A stretch of 64,000 nt of DNA from Candidatus Dormiibacterota bacterium (GTDB taxonomy: Bacteria; Chloroflexota; Dormibacteria; Aeolococcales; Aeolococcaceae). A model generated the notes under the pieces. It had not been told where the DNA came from. It saw nothing but the letters and a program-made list of their open reading frames with translations, and did not search any database. The position numbers and the translations under genes were made by a program. Positions 26,185-36,677 of this stretch are shown here, in pieces (positions within the stretch are counted from its first letter, which is position 1; the number at the start of each line of letters is the position of its first letter). The stretch covers positions 76 through 64,075 of the forward strand of contig JBEPVD010000015.1 of NCBI GenBank assembly GCA_041691155.1. The letters are read 5' to 3'.

Positions 26185-27437
26185 GGTTGGACCACTAGTT
26201 TCGCGAGCGGTATGGGCGATGCGTCGGACGGCGCCGGCGCATCGGCGGCTGGCAAGGTGCGGAGGAGATCCACCGTCACCAAGCCCACGACGAAAGCCAG
26301 GATCGCCGAGGACGTGATGCCCTCGATATCCCCCCACACGCCGGAGGCGCCGCTCGCGACGATATTGGTGAGCAACGTGTCCGCGGTGAGTAACAGCGGC
26401 ACGAGCACGCGCCAGTTGCGCGCGGTGCCTGGGCGCGCGAGCCACCACACGACTCCGAGCACGTACGGCTCGAAGAGGTAGTAGGGGAACACGGTTTTGG
26501 CGAACAACGGGAAGGTGCAGGACGCGATGAGCAGCAGACCGAGGAGTCCTGCGGTTGGTGTCGCGAGGTCCGGCCGGCAGCGCAGGGCGAACGCAGTGAT
26601 CACCGTCGCGACAGCCGCCGCACAGTACACGTCGCCGTGTTGGGCTATTCCTGCGAGCGACGTGTCGCGCGCAACGATCCAGAACGACCCGCCGCCGATG
26701 GGCAGACTTCCCCGATACGTGATCAGCGAATGCACGACCGCGGGCGCGTCGGCAATGACGAAGGGCGCAAGCCCAGCCGCGACAGTGACGGCGAACGCGA
26801 CCGTGGTAACCAGCGTCGCTGCCGGCCGACGTCTTGCCAGCAAACCCAGCAGGAACGGAATCAGCAAGACTGCCGCCGTTGTGCGAGCGAGCACGGCGGC
26901 GCCGATCGCGACGCCGGAGCCGATTTGTCGCTCGGCGAGTGACCAGCGCACCGCGAGCAGGACGAGGCAGAGCTCGACAGGCTGCTCGATGTGACCGAAG
27001 TCGAGGCCGGAGATCCACAGCGTGGGGGCCAGCAGAATAGTCGCAGCGGCGACTCGGCGCCACTCGAGCGCACCGCGAGCAACGGCGATGAGCGTCACCG
27101 ACTGGTATGCCAGCAGCAGCGCGAACGCCGCCACCATCGTGTCGGTCAGCGCGGCGCGAGTACGCAGGTCGGCGGCCCATCCAAGGACGTTCGCGAGCGC
27201 CGCCACTGGAACGAGCGGCACGAGCCCGAGCGGACCGTTCGCGTTCGGATAGAGCTCATGGCCGCGAGACGCGTAGATGAGGAGCGGATGTCCGGCGACC
27301 ACGGTCTGTGCCGACGGCCAGAAGAAGATGTCGAGGTCCGATGGTGCGGTCTTCAGGGCCAGCCCACCAAGCGCCCAGGCAACGATGTAGAGCACCGCGA
27401 GGCCCGGTGTGATGACGCGCCAGCTCATCGGCGCCAT
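26181..27437 (-). CDS. polytopic membrane protein, GT-C-like (possibly DUF2029/GT87 glycosyltransferase)
   Basis: 418 aa with more than 9 predicted TM helices. Its stop overlaps the hisN start (ATGA). The family assignment is tentative. Confidence 0.6.
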   Translation of the reverse strand: MAPMSWRVITPGLAVLYIVAWALGGLALKTAPSDLDIFFWPSAQTVVAGHPLLIYASRGHELYPNANGPLGLVPLVPVAALANVLGWAADLRTRAALTDTMVAAFALLLAYQSVTLIAVARGALEWRRVAAATILLAPTLWISGLDFGHIEQPVELCLVLLAVRWSLAERQIGSGVAIGAAVLARTTAAVLLIPFLLGLLARRRPAATLVTTVAFAVTVAAGLAPFVIADAPAVVHSLITYRGSLPIGGGSFWIVARDTSLAGIAQHGDVYCAAAVATVITAFALRCRPDLATPTAGLLGLLLIASCTFPLFAKTVFPYYLFEPYVLGVVWWLARPGTARNWRVLVPLLLTADTLLTNIVASGASGVWGDIEGITSSAILAFVVGLVTVDLLRTLPAADAPAPSDASPIPLAKLVVQP

Positions 27438-27520
27438 TCTGCCCGGTCGCGGTGGCCGCAGCGAGGCACCAATCGACTTCGCGGTACGGCCCGCGCTTCG
27501 TTGCTCGTACGCTGCCTGCG

Positions 27521-28219
27521 ATGAGTGATCCGGTCAACGACCTGCTCACGCCCGCCAGCACGGTCGCGCTCCTGCGCGACGTCGAGGGAGGTGTCGAGGT
27601 CTGCATGCTCCGGCGCCCGAACCTGAGCAGTTTCGCCGCGGACGCCTTCGTCTTTCCGGGCGGCGCGGTCGACGAGAACGACGGAGCCGGCGACTCGGCC
27701 TACATGATGGCCGGAGTCCGCGAAGTCCTGGAGGAGGTGGGCATTCTCATCGGGGGCTCAGCGCCGGGAGGCGGTGATGACGAGCTCGACGCGCGCATCG
27801 CCTTGACGCGCGCCGAGGTGCTCGCAGGGTCGGACTTCGCAGAGACGCTCGCCGCGCACGACCTCGTCGTGACCCCGGAGCGCCTCGTCTACATCGGGCA
27901 CTTCATCACACCGCCACGTGAGGGGCGTCGCTACGACACTCGCTTCTTTGCGCTCCCGGTCCGCAATCGCCAGGAAATACGCGTGCATGCGGCGGAGGCG
28001 GTCGAAGGCGGCTGGCACCGTCCTGAATCGATGCTGTCCCTCACGATGCCGGCGATCATGCCGCCCACACGCATGCTGTGCCACGAGTTCGCGCGATTGG
28101 GTTCCGCGCAGGCGATCGTCGACACCCTGGGTGCTCACCCGATCGAGGTGACGACCATCACACCGGAGATCATCGCCACCTGGCTCGCGCTCGAGCACGA
28201 GCCGACCGCGCCGCCGTGA
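27521..28219 (+). CDS. NUDIX hydrolase (CoA-pyrophosphatase-like)
   Basis: ATG at 27521. Intact Nudix box GGAVDEN..GVREVLEEVGI. Confidence 0.8.
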   Translation: MSDPVNDLLTPASTVALLRDVEGGVEVCMLRRPNLSSFAADAFVFPGGAVDENDGAGDSAYMMAGVREVLEEVGILIGGSAPGGGDDELDARIALTRAEVLAGSDFAETLAAHDLVVTPERLVYIGHFITPPREGRRYDTRFFALPVRNRQEIRVHAAEAVEGGWHRPESMLSLTMPAIMPPTRMLCHEFARLGSAQAIVDTLGAHPIEVTTITPEIIATWLALEHEPTAPP

Positions 28220-29031
28220 ACGCAACGACGCGTCTGCTCGCCCCGAACCCGTCAGTGTTCACCGGGCGTGGGACCAACACCTACCTGGTCGGCAGCGGGC
28301 CATCGCTGGTGTGCATCGACCCGGGGCCGGACGACGACGCCCATCTCGCCGCCATCATCGCTGCGGCTGAGACGCGAGACGCGCGCATCGACGTCATTGC
28401 GCTAACCCACTCGCACTCCGACCATCGGCCGCTCGCACGCCGGCTCGCGGCGGCAACGGGAGCAACCGTGCGCTGCTTCGACCCGTCGGCCGGTGACGAG
28501 CACGCCGTCGCTCTGGGCGATGGCGACATCGTGCGCAGCGGTGACACACACCTTGCTGCGGTGCACACCCCGGGCCACACCCGCGACCATCTCTGCTTCT
28601 TCGACGCTGCATCGCGGACTATGTACACCGGTGATCACATTCTCAACGGCACGACGTCCGTGGTGATCCCTGGCGACGGGGACATGACCGAGTACATGGA
28701 GTCATTGCGCCGCATTCAGTCGCTCGAGCCGGCGACGCTCTACCCCGGGCACGGTGAGCGAGTCGATGACGCCGCGGCCCTGATCGCCGAGTACATCGCG
28801 CACCGACAGGAGCGCGAAGCGCAGGTGCTCGCCGCAGCGCAGGGCCGTCCCGCGTTCACCCCGATGGACCTGGTCCCGACCCTGTACGCCGGTTACCCGG
28901 AGGCTGTGTATCCGCTTGCCGCGATGACGGTCCAATCGCACCTGGAGAAATTGGTTCGTGACGGACGTGTCGACCAGGTCGATGCCGGCAATGGTGACTC
29001 CCCACCGCGCTTTCTGGCGCGTCGCGACTGA
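28216..29031 (+). CDS. MBL-fold metallo-hydrolase (glyoxalase-II-like) with C-terminal winged-helix-like tail
   Basis: The GTG start overlaps the Nudix stop (GTGA). THSHSDH and TPGHTRDH motifs. Confidence 0.85.
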   Translation: MNATTRLLAPNPSVFTGRGTNTYLVGSGPSLVCIDPGPDDDAHLAAIIAAAETRDARIDVIALTHSHSDHRPLARRLAAATGATVRCFDPSAGDEHAVALGDGDIVRSGDTHLAAVHTPGHTRDHLCFFDAASRTMYTGDHILNGTTSVVIPGDGDMTEYMESLRRIQSLEPATLYPGHGERVDDAAALIAEYIAHRQEREAQVLAAAQGRPAFTPMDLVPTLYAGYPEAVYPLAAMTVQSHLEKLVRDGRVDQVDAGNGDSPPRFLARRD

Positions 29032-30204
29032 TCAGCTTCTGCGGATCTTCCCAAGCGCGGTGCGGTCGAGATGGTCGACGATGATCACTTCGCGCGGGAG
29101 TTTGTGGCGCGCCATCGTCGTGGCCGCAAACTCGCGAAGGGATTCGAGCGATGGGGGCGCCGACGCGTTGCGCGGCACCACGCGAGCGACCACGCGCTGG
29201 CCCCACTCGCTGTCGGTCGCGCCGGAGACCAGGACTGCCACGACATCCTCGTGTCGTGAAAGCGCTGTCTCGACCTCCGCGGGCCAGATCTTCTCCCCAC
29301 CGCTGACGATGACGTCGCCGAGCCGGCCCTTCACCAGCACCGTTCCGTCGGCGGTGACCTCGCCACCGTCGCCAGTGCGGAGCCAGCCGTCCTCGGTGAA
29401 TGCAGCCGCAGTGGCCTTGGGATCCAACCGGTAGCCGCGCATCAGGGTGGCTCCGCTGACCAGGAGTTCGCCGGTGGGCGCGCAGCGAACCGAAACGCCC
29501 GCGAGCGGCCGTCCGCCGTACACGACACCGCCGCACGTCTCGGACATCCCGTAGGTCTGCACCGCCCGCACGCCTGCACTGGCGGCGCGAATCGCCAACC
29601 CGGCATCCATGCCGGAGCCGCCGATGAGCACCGTCCGGAAGTGACTCAATCCCGCTTCGGCGTCGAGGAGGCGAACGAGCTGGGTCGGCACCATCGACGT
29701 GAACCGCGCGTCAGTGGTCGCGGCAACCACTGCCGGGCTGAGCCGGCGGCGAAAGGTGATCGGGGCACCGAGGAGCAGGTGCCGGTACACGACGAGGAGC
29801 CCGCCGATGTGGGCCAGCGGCAGGCATGACAGCCACCGGTCCTTGAGGCGGGCTCCGATCGCGCTTGCCGATGCAGTGATCGCCGCCTCGAGCGATGCCA
29901 TCGTCAACTCGGCAAGCCGTGGCTGTCCCGAAGTCCCCGAGGTGGCAATCACCAGCGCGACCTCGGGATCGACGGCGACACCGTCGACGCGACGGGTCCC
30001 GTCAGCGTCGATCACCACCGTCGGTCGTGCGCGGTCGAGCAGGGCCTGCTGTTCGGTCGGTGACAACCGCACGTCGACCGGGAGCACGGCGGCGCCGATC
30101 TCCCGCGCTGCGCGGAGCACGGGAATCCACGAACGCCCTGGGGGGAGCGCAACCGAGATGAGATCCCCGGATCGGATGGCGTGCCCCAACGCAGACGATG
30201 ACAT
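29032..30204 (-). CDS. menE: o-succinylbenzoate-CoA ligase
   Basis: AMP-binding family (ATSGTSGQP, QTYGMSE, GDxG..D). It is short, as is typical of MenE, and sits in the men cluster. Confidence 0.8.
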   Translation of the reverse strand: MSSSALGHAIRSGDLISVALPPGRSWIPVLRAAREIGAAVLPVDVRLSPTEQQALLDRARPTVVIDADGTRRVDGVAVDPEVALVIATSGTSGQPRLAELTMASLEAAITASASAIGARLKDRWLSCLPLAHIGGLLVVYRHLLLGAPITFRRRLSPAVVAATTDARFTSMVPTQLVRLLDAEAGLSHFRTVLIGGSGMDAGLAIRAASAGVRAVQTYGMSETCGGVVYGGRPLAGVSVRCAPTGELLVSGATLMRGYRLDPKATAAAFTEDGWLRTGDGGEVTADGTVLVKGRLGDVIVSGGEKIWPAEVETALSRHEDVVAVLVSGATDSEWGQRVVARVVPRNASAPPSLESLREFAATTMARHKLPREVIIVDHLDRTALGKIRRS

Positions 30205-30283
30205 CGCCGCCGAGGGTACCCCGGCCGCCCGCCCGGAGCCCGTCGGGATACCATCCGAAGCGTCCGATTGAGTTCAGCGTGAG

Positions 30284-31108
30284 GTGTATCGCATCGTGGA
30301 ATGGGTCGCATCCGGCGAGTGGGAAGACATTCGCTATGAGACCGCGGGCGGCATCGCCAAGCTGACCATCAACCGGCCCGAGGTTCGCAACGCCTTTCGA
30401 CCGACCACGCTCTTCGAGCTCACTCGAGCGTTCGAGCGCGCCCGCGACGATCCTGAGATCGGTGTGATCATCCTCACCGGCGAGGGCACCAAGGCCTTCT
30501 GCTCGGGTGGTGACCAGCGGATTCGTGGCGACGACGGCTACCGCGACCCGTCCGGTATCGGCCGGCTCAACGTGCTCGACCTGCAGGTGCAGATCCGCCG
30601 TTTGCCCAAGCCGGTGGTCGCGATGGTGGCGGGATTCGCCATCGGCGGCGGTCATGTCCTCCATCTGGTGTGCGACTTGACCATCGCGGCGGACAACGCG
30701 CGTTTTGGACAGACTGGACCGAAAGTGGGGTCGTTCGACGCCGGTTACGGCGCGGGGTTGCTGGCACGAACCATCGGTCTCAAGCGCGCCAAGGAGATCT
30801 GGTTCCTCTGCGAGCAGTACGACGCGGAGACCGCCGAGCGCTGGGGTCTGGTGAATCGGGTGGTCCCGATCGACAAGCTCGAAGAGGAAACCGTTGCCGT
30901 CTGTAACCGGATGCTCGAGATGAGCCCGCTGGCGCTCCGCCTGCTCAAGGCCGGATTCAATGCCGACAGCGATGGTCTGGCGGGTGTGCAGCAGCTCGCC
31001 GGCGATGCCACGCTCCTCTTCTACATGAGCGAGGAGGCCCAGGAGGGTCGCAACGCCTACATTGAGAAGCGCAAACCCGACTTTGCGAAGTTCCCGCACC
31101 GTCCGTGA
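30284..31108 (+). CDS. menB: 1,4-dihydroxy-2-naphthoyl-CoA synthase
   Basis: Crotonase fold with FCSGGDQ, GYAIGGG-like [13 protein letters not shown], and the C-terminal [14 protein letters not shown] characteristic of MenB. Confidence 0.95.
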   Translation: MYRIVEWVASGEWEDIRYETAGGIAKLTINRPEVRNAFRPTTLFELTRAFERARDDPEIGVIILTGEGTKAFCSGGDQRIRGDDGYRDPSGIGRLNVLDLQVQIRRLPKPVVAMVAGFAIGGGHVLHLVCDLTIAADNARFGQTGPKVGSFDAGYGAGLLARTIGLKRAKEIWFLCEQYDAETAERWGLVNRVVPIDKLEEETVAVCNRMLEMSPLALRLLKAGFNADSDGLAGVQQLAGDATLLFYMSEEAQEGRNAYIEKRKPDFAKFPHRP

Positions 31109-32004
31109 TCGCTGAAGCGGCGCCCGCCCCGGGACCGCTCGCCGTCTGGTGGATCGGCGCCCGACCGCGCACCCTGGTCGCCGCGGTCGTGCCGGTGCTC
31201 GTGGGTGCATCGTGGGCCGGACGGCACGCGATCTCGATTCCCCGGTCGCTGCTCGCGCTGCTCGTCGCGATTGCGCTGCAGATCGCCGTGAATTACGCGA
31301 ACGACTATTTCGACGGCGTCAGTGGCGTCGACACCGCCGCGCGCACCGGCCCGCGACGGCTGGTCGCTTCGGGCCTGGCACCTCCGCGAGCGGTGGCGGC
31401 CGCTGCCGTCGTGATGGTGTGCATTGCCGCAGCGGCGGGCCTTGTCCTGGCGTTGCTCACCACACCGTGGCTCATCGCGGCCGGGGCCGCAGCGGTGGTC
31501 GCGCTGGTCCTGTACTCGGGTGGGCCCCGCCCCTACGCGGCCAGCGGCCTCGGGGAAATCTCGGTCTTTGTGTTCTTCGGGCTGGTGGCGACCTGCGGTA
31601 CCGCGTTTGTGCAGCAGGATCGTCTTGACGCGGGCGTCCTCTGGCTTGCGGTTCCAGTCGGGCTGCTGGCCTGCGCCCTGCTGATGGCCAACAACCTGCG
31701 CGACATTCCGACCGACGCGGCAGTGGGAAAGCGCACCCTGGCAGTCCGTATCGGCGCGCGGCGCAGCCGCGCGTTGCTGGTTGCGACGGTCGTGATCGCC
31801 TTGATGCTGCCGTCGGTGGGTGCCCTGGTGCGGTCGCTGCCGTGGCTGGTGCTGCTCACGCTGGTGACGCTGCCGCTGGCGATTGCGCCACTCCGCACGG
31901 TGCGAACCGCCGAGGGCCGTGCACTGGTGCCGGCGTTGATCGGTATCACCCGCCTGCAACTCGTGTTCGGCGTCATGCTCGCCGGAGCGTTGCTCGCGTC
32001 ATGA
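31105..32004 (+). CDS. menA: 1,4-dihydroxy-2-naphthoate polyprenyltransferase
   Basis: The GTG start overlaps the menB stop (GTGA). UbiA-family motif NYANDYFDG. Multi-TM protein. Confidence 0.9.
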   Translation: MIAEAAPAPGPLAVWWIGARPRTLVAAVVPVLVGASWAGRHAISIPRSLLALLVAIALQIAVNYANDYFDGVSGVDTAARTGPRRLVASGLAPPRAVAAAAVVMVCIAAAAGLVLALLTTPWLIAAGAAAVVALVLYSGGPRPYAASGLGEISVFVFFGLVATCGTAFVQQDRLDAGVLWLAVPVGLLACALLMANNLRDIPTDAAVGKRTLAVRIGARRSRALLVATVVIALMLPSVGALVRSLPWLVLLTLVTLPLAIAPLRTVRTAEGRALVPALIGITRLQLVFGVMLAGALLAS

Positions 32005-32858
32005 GACGTCTCGCGTTCACAGTCGCGCTACGCCATCCTGTGATGGGTGTGACCGAGCGCACCGGATGGCTCATCGAAGGACTGCATGGTTGGGGCGAAT
32101 TTTCACCGCTCCCGAGCTGGAGCGACGATGAACGGACGGCAGCGATGCGATCCGCTGTCGAGGCGGCCGAGGTGCCGTTTCCCACCGCGCTGCGTGCGCG
32201 TGTCGCCGTCAACGCGATGGTTCCACGTCTGGCTCCCGATGTCGCCGCGGCGCTCGCCCTGAGTTCCGGCTGCGGCACCATCAAAATCAAGGTCGGCGAC
32301 GAGGACTCTGTCGACCGCGTTGCAGCCATCCGCTCGGCATGCGGTCCCGGCGTGAAAATCCGCCTCGATGCCAACGGCGCGTGGGACGTCGACACCGCGC
32401 TGCGAATGATCGGGCAGCTGCGCGCCCACGACATCGAGCTGATCGAGGATCCTGTCGCGACACTCGAGGAACTCGTGGCGGTACGCGGCCGTGCGGGCGT
32501 CCCCGTCGCAGCGGAGTCGCGCATCCGCACCATCGCGGACGTGCGCCGGCTGCGAGAACTCGAGGCCGCCGACGCCATCGTCCTCAAGCCGCAACGCATC
32601 GGCGGCGTGCGTCAGGCACTGCGCGCGGCGGAGCTCAGCGGTGTTCCGGCAATCGCCTCGAGCGCGCTCGAGACATCGGTCGGCCTCGCCGCGGTGGTCG
32701 CGCTTGCGGCATCGCTGCCCGACTCGCCGTTCGCGCACGGCGCCGGCACCGCATTGTTGCTGGCGTCCGACGTGGTTACCGATCCGCTCATCCCCGTGGA
32801 CGGGTGGCTGACGCCGCACCGGCCCGACGTCGATCTGGGCACCCTGATCGCCCGATGA
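32001..32858 (+). CDS. menC: o-succinylbenzoate synthase
   Basis: ATGA overlap with menA. Enolase-superfamily metal ligands (KIKVG, RLDANGAW, IEDP). Confidence 0.85.
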   Translation: MRRLAFTVALRHPVMGVTERTGWLIEGLHGWGEFSPLPSWSDDERTAAMRSAVEAAEVPFPTALRARVAVNAMVPRLAPDVAAALALSSGCGTIKIKVGDEDSVDRVAAIRSACGPGVKIRLDANGAWDVDTALRMIGQLRAHDIELIEDPVATLEELVAVRGRAGVPVAAESRIRTIADVRRLRELEAADAIVLKPQRIGGVRQALRAAELSGVPAIASSALETSVGLAAVVALAASLPDSPFAHGAGTALLLASDVVTDPLIPVDGWLTPHRPDVDLGTLIAR

Positions 32859-34588
32859 CCGAGCCTGGCGAAGGCGAGATTGCGCTGTCGTGCGTGACGG
32901 CGCTGCTGAACCAACTCGTCCACGGTGGCGTGATGCACATGTGCATGACCCCCGGTTCTCGTTCGACGCCGATCGCGCTTGCGGCGGCGCGCCATCCCGG
33001 CATCACGCTGCATGTCCATGTGGATGAGCGGTCGTCGGCCTATTTCGGTCTGGGGATAGCGCGAGCATCTGGCGTACCGGTCGCGGTGTTCTGCACCTCC
33101 GGAACCGCGGCGGCCAATCACTTCCCCGCAGTGGTCGAGGCCGCGATGTCTCGCGTGCCGCTCATTGTGATCACTGCCGACCGGCCACCGGAGATGCATG
33201 GGGTCGGGGCCAATCAGACCATCGACCAACAGCATCTTTTCGGCAAGTACGTCAAGTGGTTCCACGATCCGGGAGTCCCGCAGCCCGGTGAGCAAGCGCG
33301 CCAACTGTGGGCATCGGTGGGCGCACGTGCTATCACCCATGCCGTCTGGTTTCCGCCGCCCGGTCCTGTGCACCTCAACCTGCCGTTTCGCGAGCCCCTG
33401 CTGCCTTCAGGCGGTGCCGGGTCAATCGAAACGCCAGTCGCACCACCTGCCACGTTTTCCGCGACTCATCCGGGTCCTGATCGCACCCCTGGGTTCGCGC
33501 GCGAGGTGAGCACCGGACATCGCATCCTCGTTGTCGCGGGCGGACTTCGCGTGCCCCCGGTGGGTCTGGCGGAACTCTGTTACGAGCGCGGCTGGCCACT
33601 CCTTGCGGAACCAATCTCGGGCGCTCGCAACCTTGCGGCGTCGGACGGTTTCGGCGGCGCGCTCACGGCCGGAACACTGCTCGCTGCCGACCCCGGCTTC
33701 GTCGCTGAACATCGACCCGACCTCGTCATTCAGTTCGGCGCGGCGCCGACGTCGCGCAGCGTGCAAACCCTCGTGCGCACGGCCGACCGCCTGCTGATCG
33801 TCGACCCGGACTCCGTCGTCGCGGATCCCGATCGGCGCTCAACGCTCACGCTCGAGCGCGATGCGTCCGAGGTCATCGCATCGTTGCGCGCCAACCGGTC
33901 GACGCTGCCGCCGATCAGCGCCGAGTGGTACAGCCACTGGCACAACGCCGACGCGACCGTGCGCACCACGGTCGACACGCTGATCGACGGGTGGGATGAA
34001 CCCTTTGAGGGACGGATCGCGCGTGATCTCGCTGCAGCGATTCCGGATGGCGGCGTGCTGTTCGCTGGATCGAGCATGCCCATCCGCGACCTCGACGCCT
34101 ACGTGGCGCCACGCGACGGCCTTCGCATCCTTGCGAACCGCGGTGTCAGTGGGATCGACGGACTGGTGTCCACGACGTTCGGCATCGCCGCGGTGACGCA
34201 GCCCACCTACGCGCTGCTTGGCGATCTGTCAGTGCTGCACGACGCATCGGGGTTGCTGTGGGGCGCACGACGCTGCCCTGGTGCCGTGATCGTGGTCGTG
34301 GACAACGACGGTGGCGGCATCTTCTCGATGCTGCCGCAAGCGTCGCTTTCACACGACGAGTTCGAATTGCTGTTCGGAACACCGCACGGACTCGACGTCG
34401 AGTCGATAGCGCGCAACGCGGGCGCCGGAGTTCGGACGGTGGATCGCGCGCAGGTGCTCTTTCCTGCGATTCACGAGGCGGCGACGGCCGGCGGCGTACA
34501 GGTTGTTCGCGTGCGTGTGGATCGAGCCCGTGCGGTCGACTTACGCCAGCATGTCACCAATGCAGTCGCGTCGGCACTGGCCACGTAG
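32855..34588 (+). CDS. menD: 2-succinyl-5-enolpyruvyl-6-hydroxy-3-cyclohexene-1-carboxylate (SEPHCHC) synthase
   Basis: ATGA overlap with menC. ThDP enzyme pattern (GSRSTP, ERSAAYFGLG, TSGTAAAN, TADRP, GDLS..HD). Confidence 0.9.
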   Translation: MTEPGEGEIALSCVTALLNQLVHGGVMHMCMTPGSRSTPIALAAARHPGITLHVHVDERSSAYFGLGIARASGVPVAVFCTSGTAAANHFPAVVEAAMSRVPLIVITADRPPEMHGVGANQTIDQQHLFGKYVKWFHDPGVPQPGEQARQLWASVGARAITHAVWFPPPGPVHLNLPFREPLLPSGGAGSIETPVAPPATFSATHPGPDRTPGFAREVSTGHRILVVAGGLRVPPVGLAELCYERGWPLLAEPISGARNLAASDGFGGALTAGTLLAADPGFVAEHRPDLVIQFGAAPTSRSVQTLVRTADRLLIVDPDSVVADPDRRSTLTLERDASEVIASLRANRSTLPPISAEWYSHWHNADATVRTTVDTLIDGWDEPFEGRIARDLAAAIPDGGVLFAGSSMPIRDLDAYVAPRDGLRILANRGVSGIDGLVSTTFGIAAVTQPTYALLGDLSVLHDASGLLWGARRCPGAVIVVVDNDGGGIFSMLPQASLSHDEFELLFGTPHGLDVESIARNAGAGVRTVDRAQVLFPAIHEAATAGGVQVVRVRVDRARAVDLRQHVTNAVASALAT

Positions 34589-34594
34589 CCCAGG

Positions 34595-35773
34595 TCAGTC
34601 CTCGGCGGGTTCCACTCCGAGCGCGCGCAGCATGATGCCGAACTTGGCCTCCGTCTCCAGATCCTCTGCGGCCGGATCCGACCCCGCGACGATGCCCGCA
34701 CCTGCATGCAGACGCGCTGTTGCACCGGAGACTTCGGCGCATCGCAACGTGATCGCCCATTCACCATCGCCCTTCGCGTCCACCCATCCAACCAGGCCGG
34801 AGTAGAAGCGGCGTTCAACGCTTTCCAGCTGTGCGATCAGCGCGGCCGCTGCGGCTTGCGGCGTCCCACAGATCGCGGGCGTGGGATGCAGGGCGGCGGC
34901 GAGTGTCAACGCGTCGGGTGCGTCCGGCTTGAGTGTTCCGCGCACTGCAGTGCGCAGATGCCAGAGCGTCCCCGTCGGCGACAGCGATGGTTCCGCATCC
35001 ACCACGAGGTCAGAGCAGAACGGTGCGAGCGCGTCAGCGACCGCATCGGCAACCAGTCGGTGTTCACGCCGCTCCTTCAAGGTTCCGAGCAGTTGCCGCG
35101 CAATCTCGGCGTCCTTGACGGGGTCGGCGCTCCGCCGCGCCGTCCCGGCAAGCGGATCGCTGGAGACGATCCTGCCCTCGCGGCCCACCAGCAATTCCGG
35201 CGAGGCTCCGACGAGGGTCGACGCACCGGGCAGCGCAACCAGGAACACGAAGCTCCCCGGCTCGGCATCACGAAGACGCCGGGCGATTACCCGTGGATCG
35301 ATCGGTGAGCCCGCCGTGACCACGAGCGATCGAGCGAGCACCACCTTCTCGACGTCGCCGGCCTCGATCGCCGCCAGCGCGGCCTCGACAGCAGCCTCGT
35401 ATTCGACGGGCAATGGGTCGGGAATCAACCCGGTCACCGCCCACTCGAGTTCAGTGCTGCCACTGCGGTGCGGCCGATCCCCCTCGAGGTCGGGAATCCG
35501 GAGCACGGCGTCGCAGGAGCCGTCATACGGCAACGCACCCATCGCGACGCCCGTCCCACCGCTCCCGGCGAGGGCGCGCTGCGCGAGGCTCGCGGCGCGC
35601 CGCACGTGGTCGGATCCGGCAGGCACGACCACGGTCGTCGATCTCCTCCCCGCACTGAACTGCGTGTCCCCATGCTGGAGGACGACTCCTTGTTGACGGT
35701 CGTAGAGATCGAACGAATCGCTCGTGTTCTGCCGCGGGGTCACCGCGACTTCGGCGGGTCGGGTCGCGCTCAC
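34595..35773 (-). CDS. menF: isochorismate synthase
   Basis: Chorismate-binding family motifs (SPELL, PLAGT, LHPTPAICG, YSGLVGW, GAGIV). The GTG start overlaps the menG stop (GTGA). Confidence 0.85.
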   Translation of the reverse strand: MSATRPAEVAVTPRQNTSDSFDLYDRQQGVVLQHGDTQFSAGRRSTTVVVPAGSDHVRRAASLAQRALAGSGGTGVAMGALPYDGSCDAVLRIPDLEGDRPHRSGSTELEWAVTGLIPDPLPVEYEAAVEAALAAIEAGDVEKVVLARSLVVTAGSPIDPRVIARRLRDAEPGSFVFLVALPGASTLVGASPELLVGREGRIVSSDPLAGTARRSADPVKDAEIARQLLGTLKERREHRLVADAVADALAPFCSDLVVDAEPSLSPTGTLWHLRTAVRGTLKPDAPDALTLAAALHPTPAICGTPQAAAAALIAQLESVERRFYSGLVGWVDAKGDGEWAITLRCAEVSGATARLHAGAGIVAGSDPAAEDLETEAKFGIMLRALGVEPAED

Positions 35774-36462
35774 GCTCTGGCTCCGATCAGCAACTGCGCC
35801 GCGCCGAAGCCGAGCGAAACCCGGCGGCAGTGCGTGAAACCGGCCTCGCTCAGCAGTTGGACGAGTTCCTTCGGCGATGGCAGGTACGCGGTCGACGCCG
35901 GGAGATACTGGTACGCGCTCCGATCGGAGATCAGTCCACCCACCAGCGGGACGATCCGGCGGAAATACACTCCATGCAGGGCGCGCACGAGCGGGTTGGG
36001 TGGTTCAGACACTTCTAGAAAGACGGCCCTGCCGCCCGGGCGGATCACGCGGGCTGCCTCGCGGAAGCAGACGGTGATGTCGACGACATTGCGCAACGCG
36101 AAGCCGCTGACCGCGCCGTCGACCGACTCGTCACGGAACGGCAGCTGCAACGCGTCAGCACGAACCAACGGCGCCGACGTGTGTGCTTTGGCGAGCATGC
36201 CGGCGGCCATGTCGACGCCAATCCCCCGGTGCCCTTCACGCCCCAACACCCGGCAGAAGTCGCCCGTCCCGCAGCCGATGTCCACCACGTGCGACCCGGG
36301 CTCGAGGCGCAATTCACGCACCGCGCGACGGCGCCAGCCCGCATCCAGGCCAAAGGTCATGATTCGGTTCACCAGCTCGTAGCGGGGCGCGATGCGGTCG
36401 AACATCTCCTCGACGGCTCGCGCCTTCCGCTCGCCGATGGGAAGTTCGGCCGCGGTCACCAA
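35770..36462 (-). CDS. menG: demethylmenaquinone methyltransferase
   Basis: UbiE/MenG pattern: FDRIAPRYELVNRIMTFG, SAM motif VDIGCGTG, FALRNV. GTG start at 36462. Confidence 0.9.
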   Translation of the reverse strand: MVTAAELPIGERKARAVEEMFDRIAPRYELVNRIMTFGLDAGWRRRAVRELRLEPGSHVVDIGCGTGDFCRVLGREGHRGIGVDMAAGMLAKAHTSAPLVRADALQLPFRDESVDGAVSGFALRNVVDITVCFREAARVIRPGGRAVFLEVSEPPNPLVRALHGVYFRRIVPLVGGLISDRSAYQYLPASTAYLPSPKELVQLLSEAGFTHCRRVSLGFGAAQLLIGARA

Positions 36463-36677
36463 TCCACTCTAACAATCGGTCCCCAAAAGACTGCGCGGCC
36501 CGAGCACGGTTCGGGGCCACGCTCGAGTTCGGCGTCGCCTCGGTCCTGCTCTGAGGCTACTTCAGGGGACGGCGCGCTTGATTTGTTCGCGCACCGCGTC
36601 TGCCGATGGAGTTCGGCGCTCGCCGGCGCTTCGTCTACCCTGGGACCCGTGACAGCGGCGATTGCGAGGCACCCGAA

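Noticed and set aside
25417-27180. 587-aa ORF suggesting a large protein ending in an IMPase domain.
   Set aside because: The N-terminal 330 codons overlap, in another frame, the well-formed membrane-protein gene 26181..27437 and look like Arg-rich noise. The IMPase domain starts at a proper ATG (26184) in an ATGA overlap.
36463-36677. 215-bp divergent region between menG and the MacB-type ABC operon, inspected for a riboswitch or long hairpin.
   Set aside because: It contains only short imperfect GC stems (for example ggccc/gggcc) of the kind expected by chance in GC-rich DNA.
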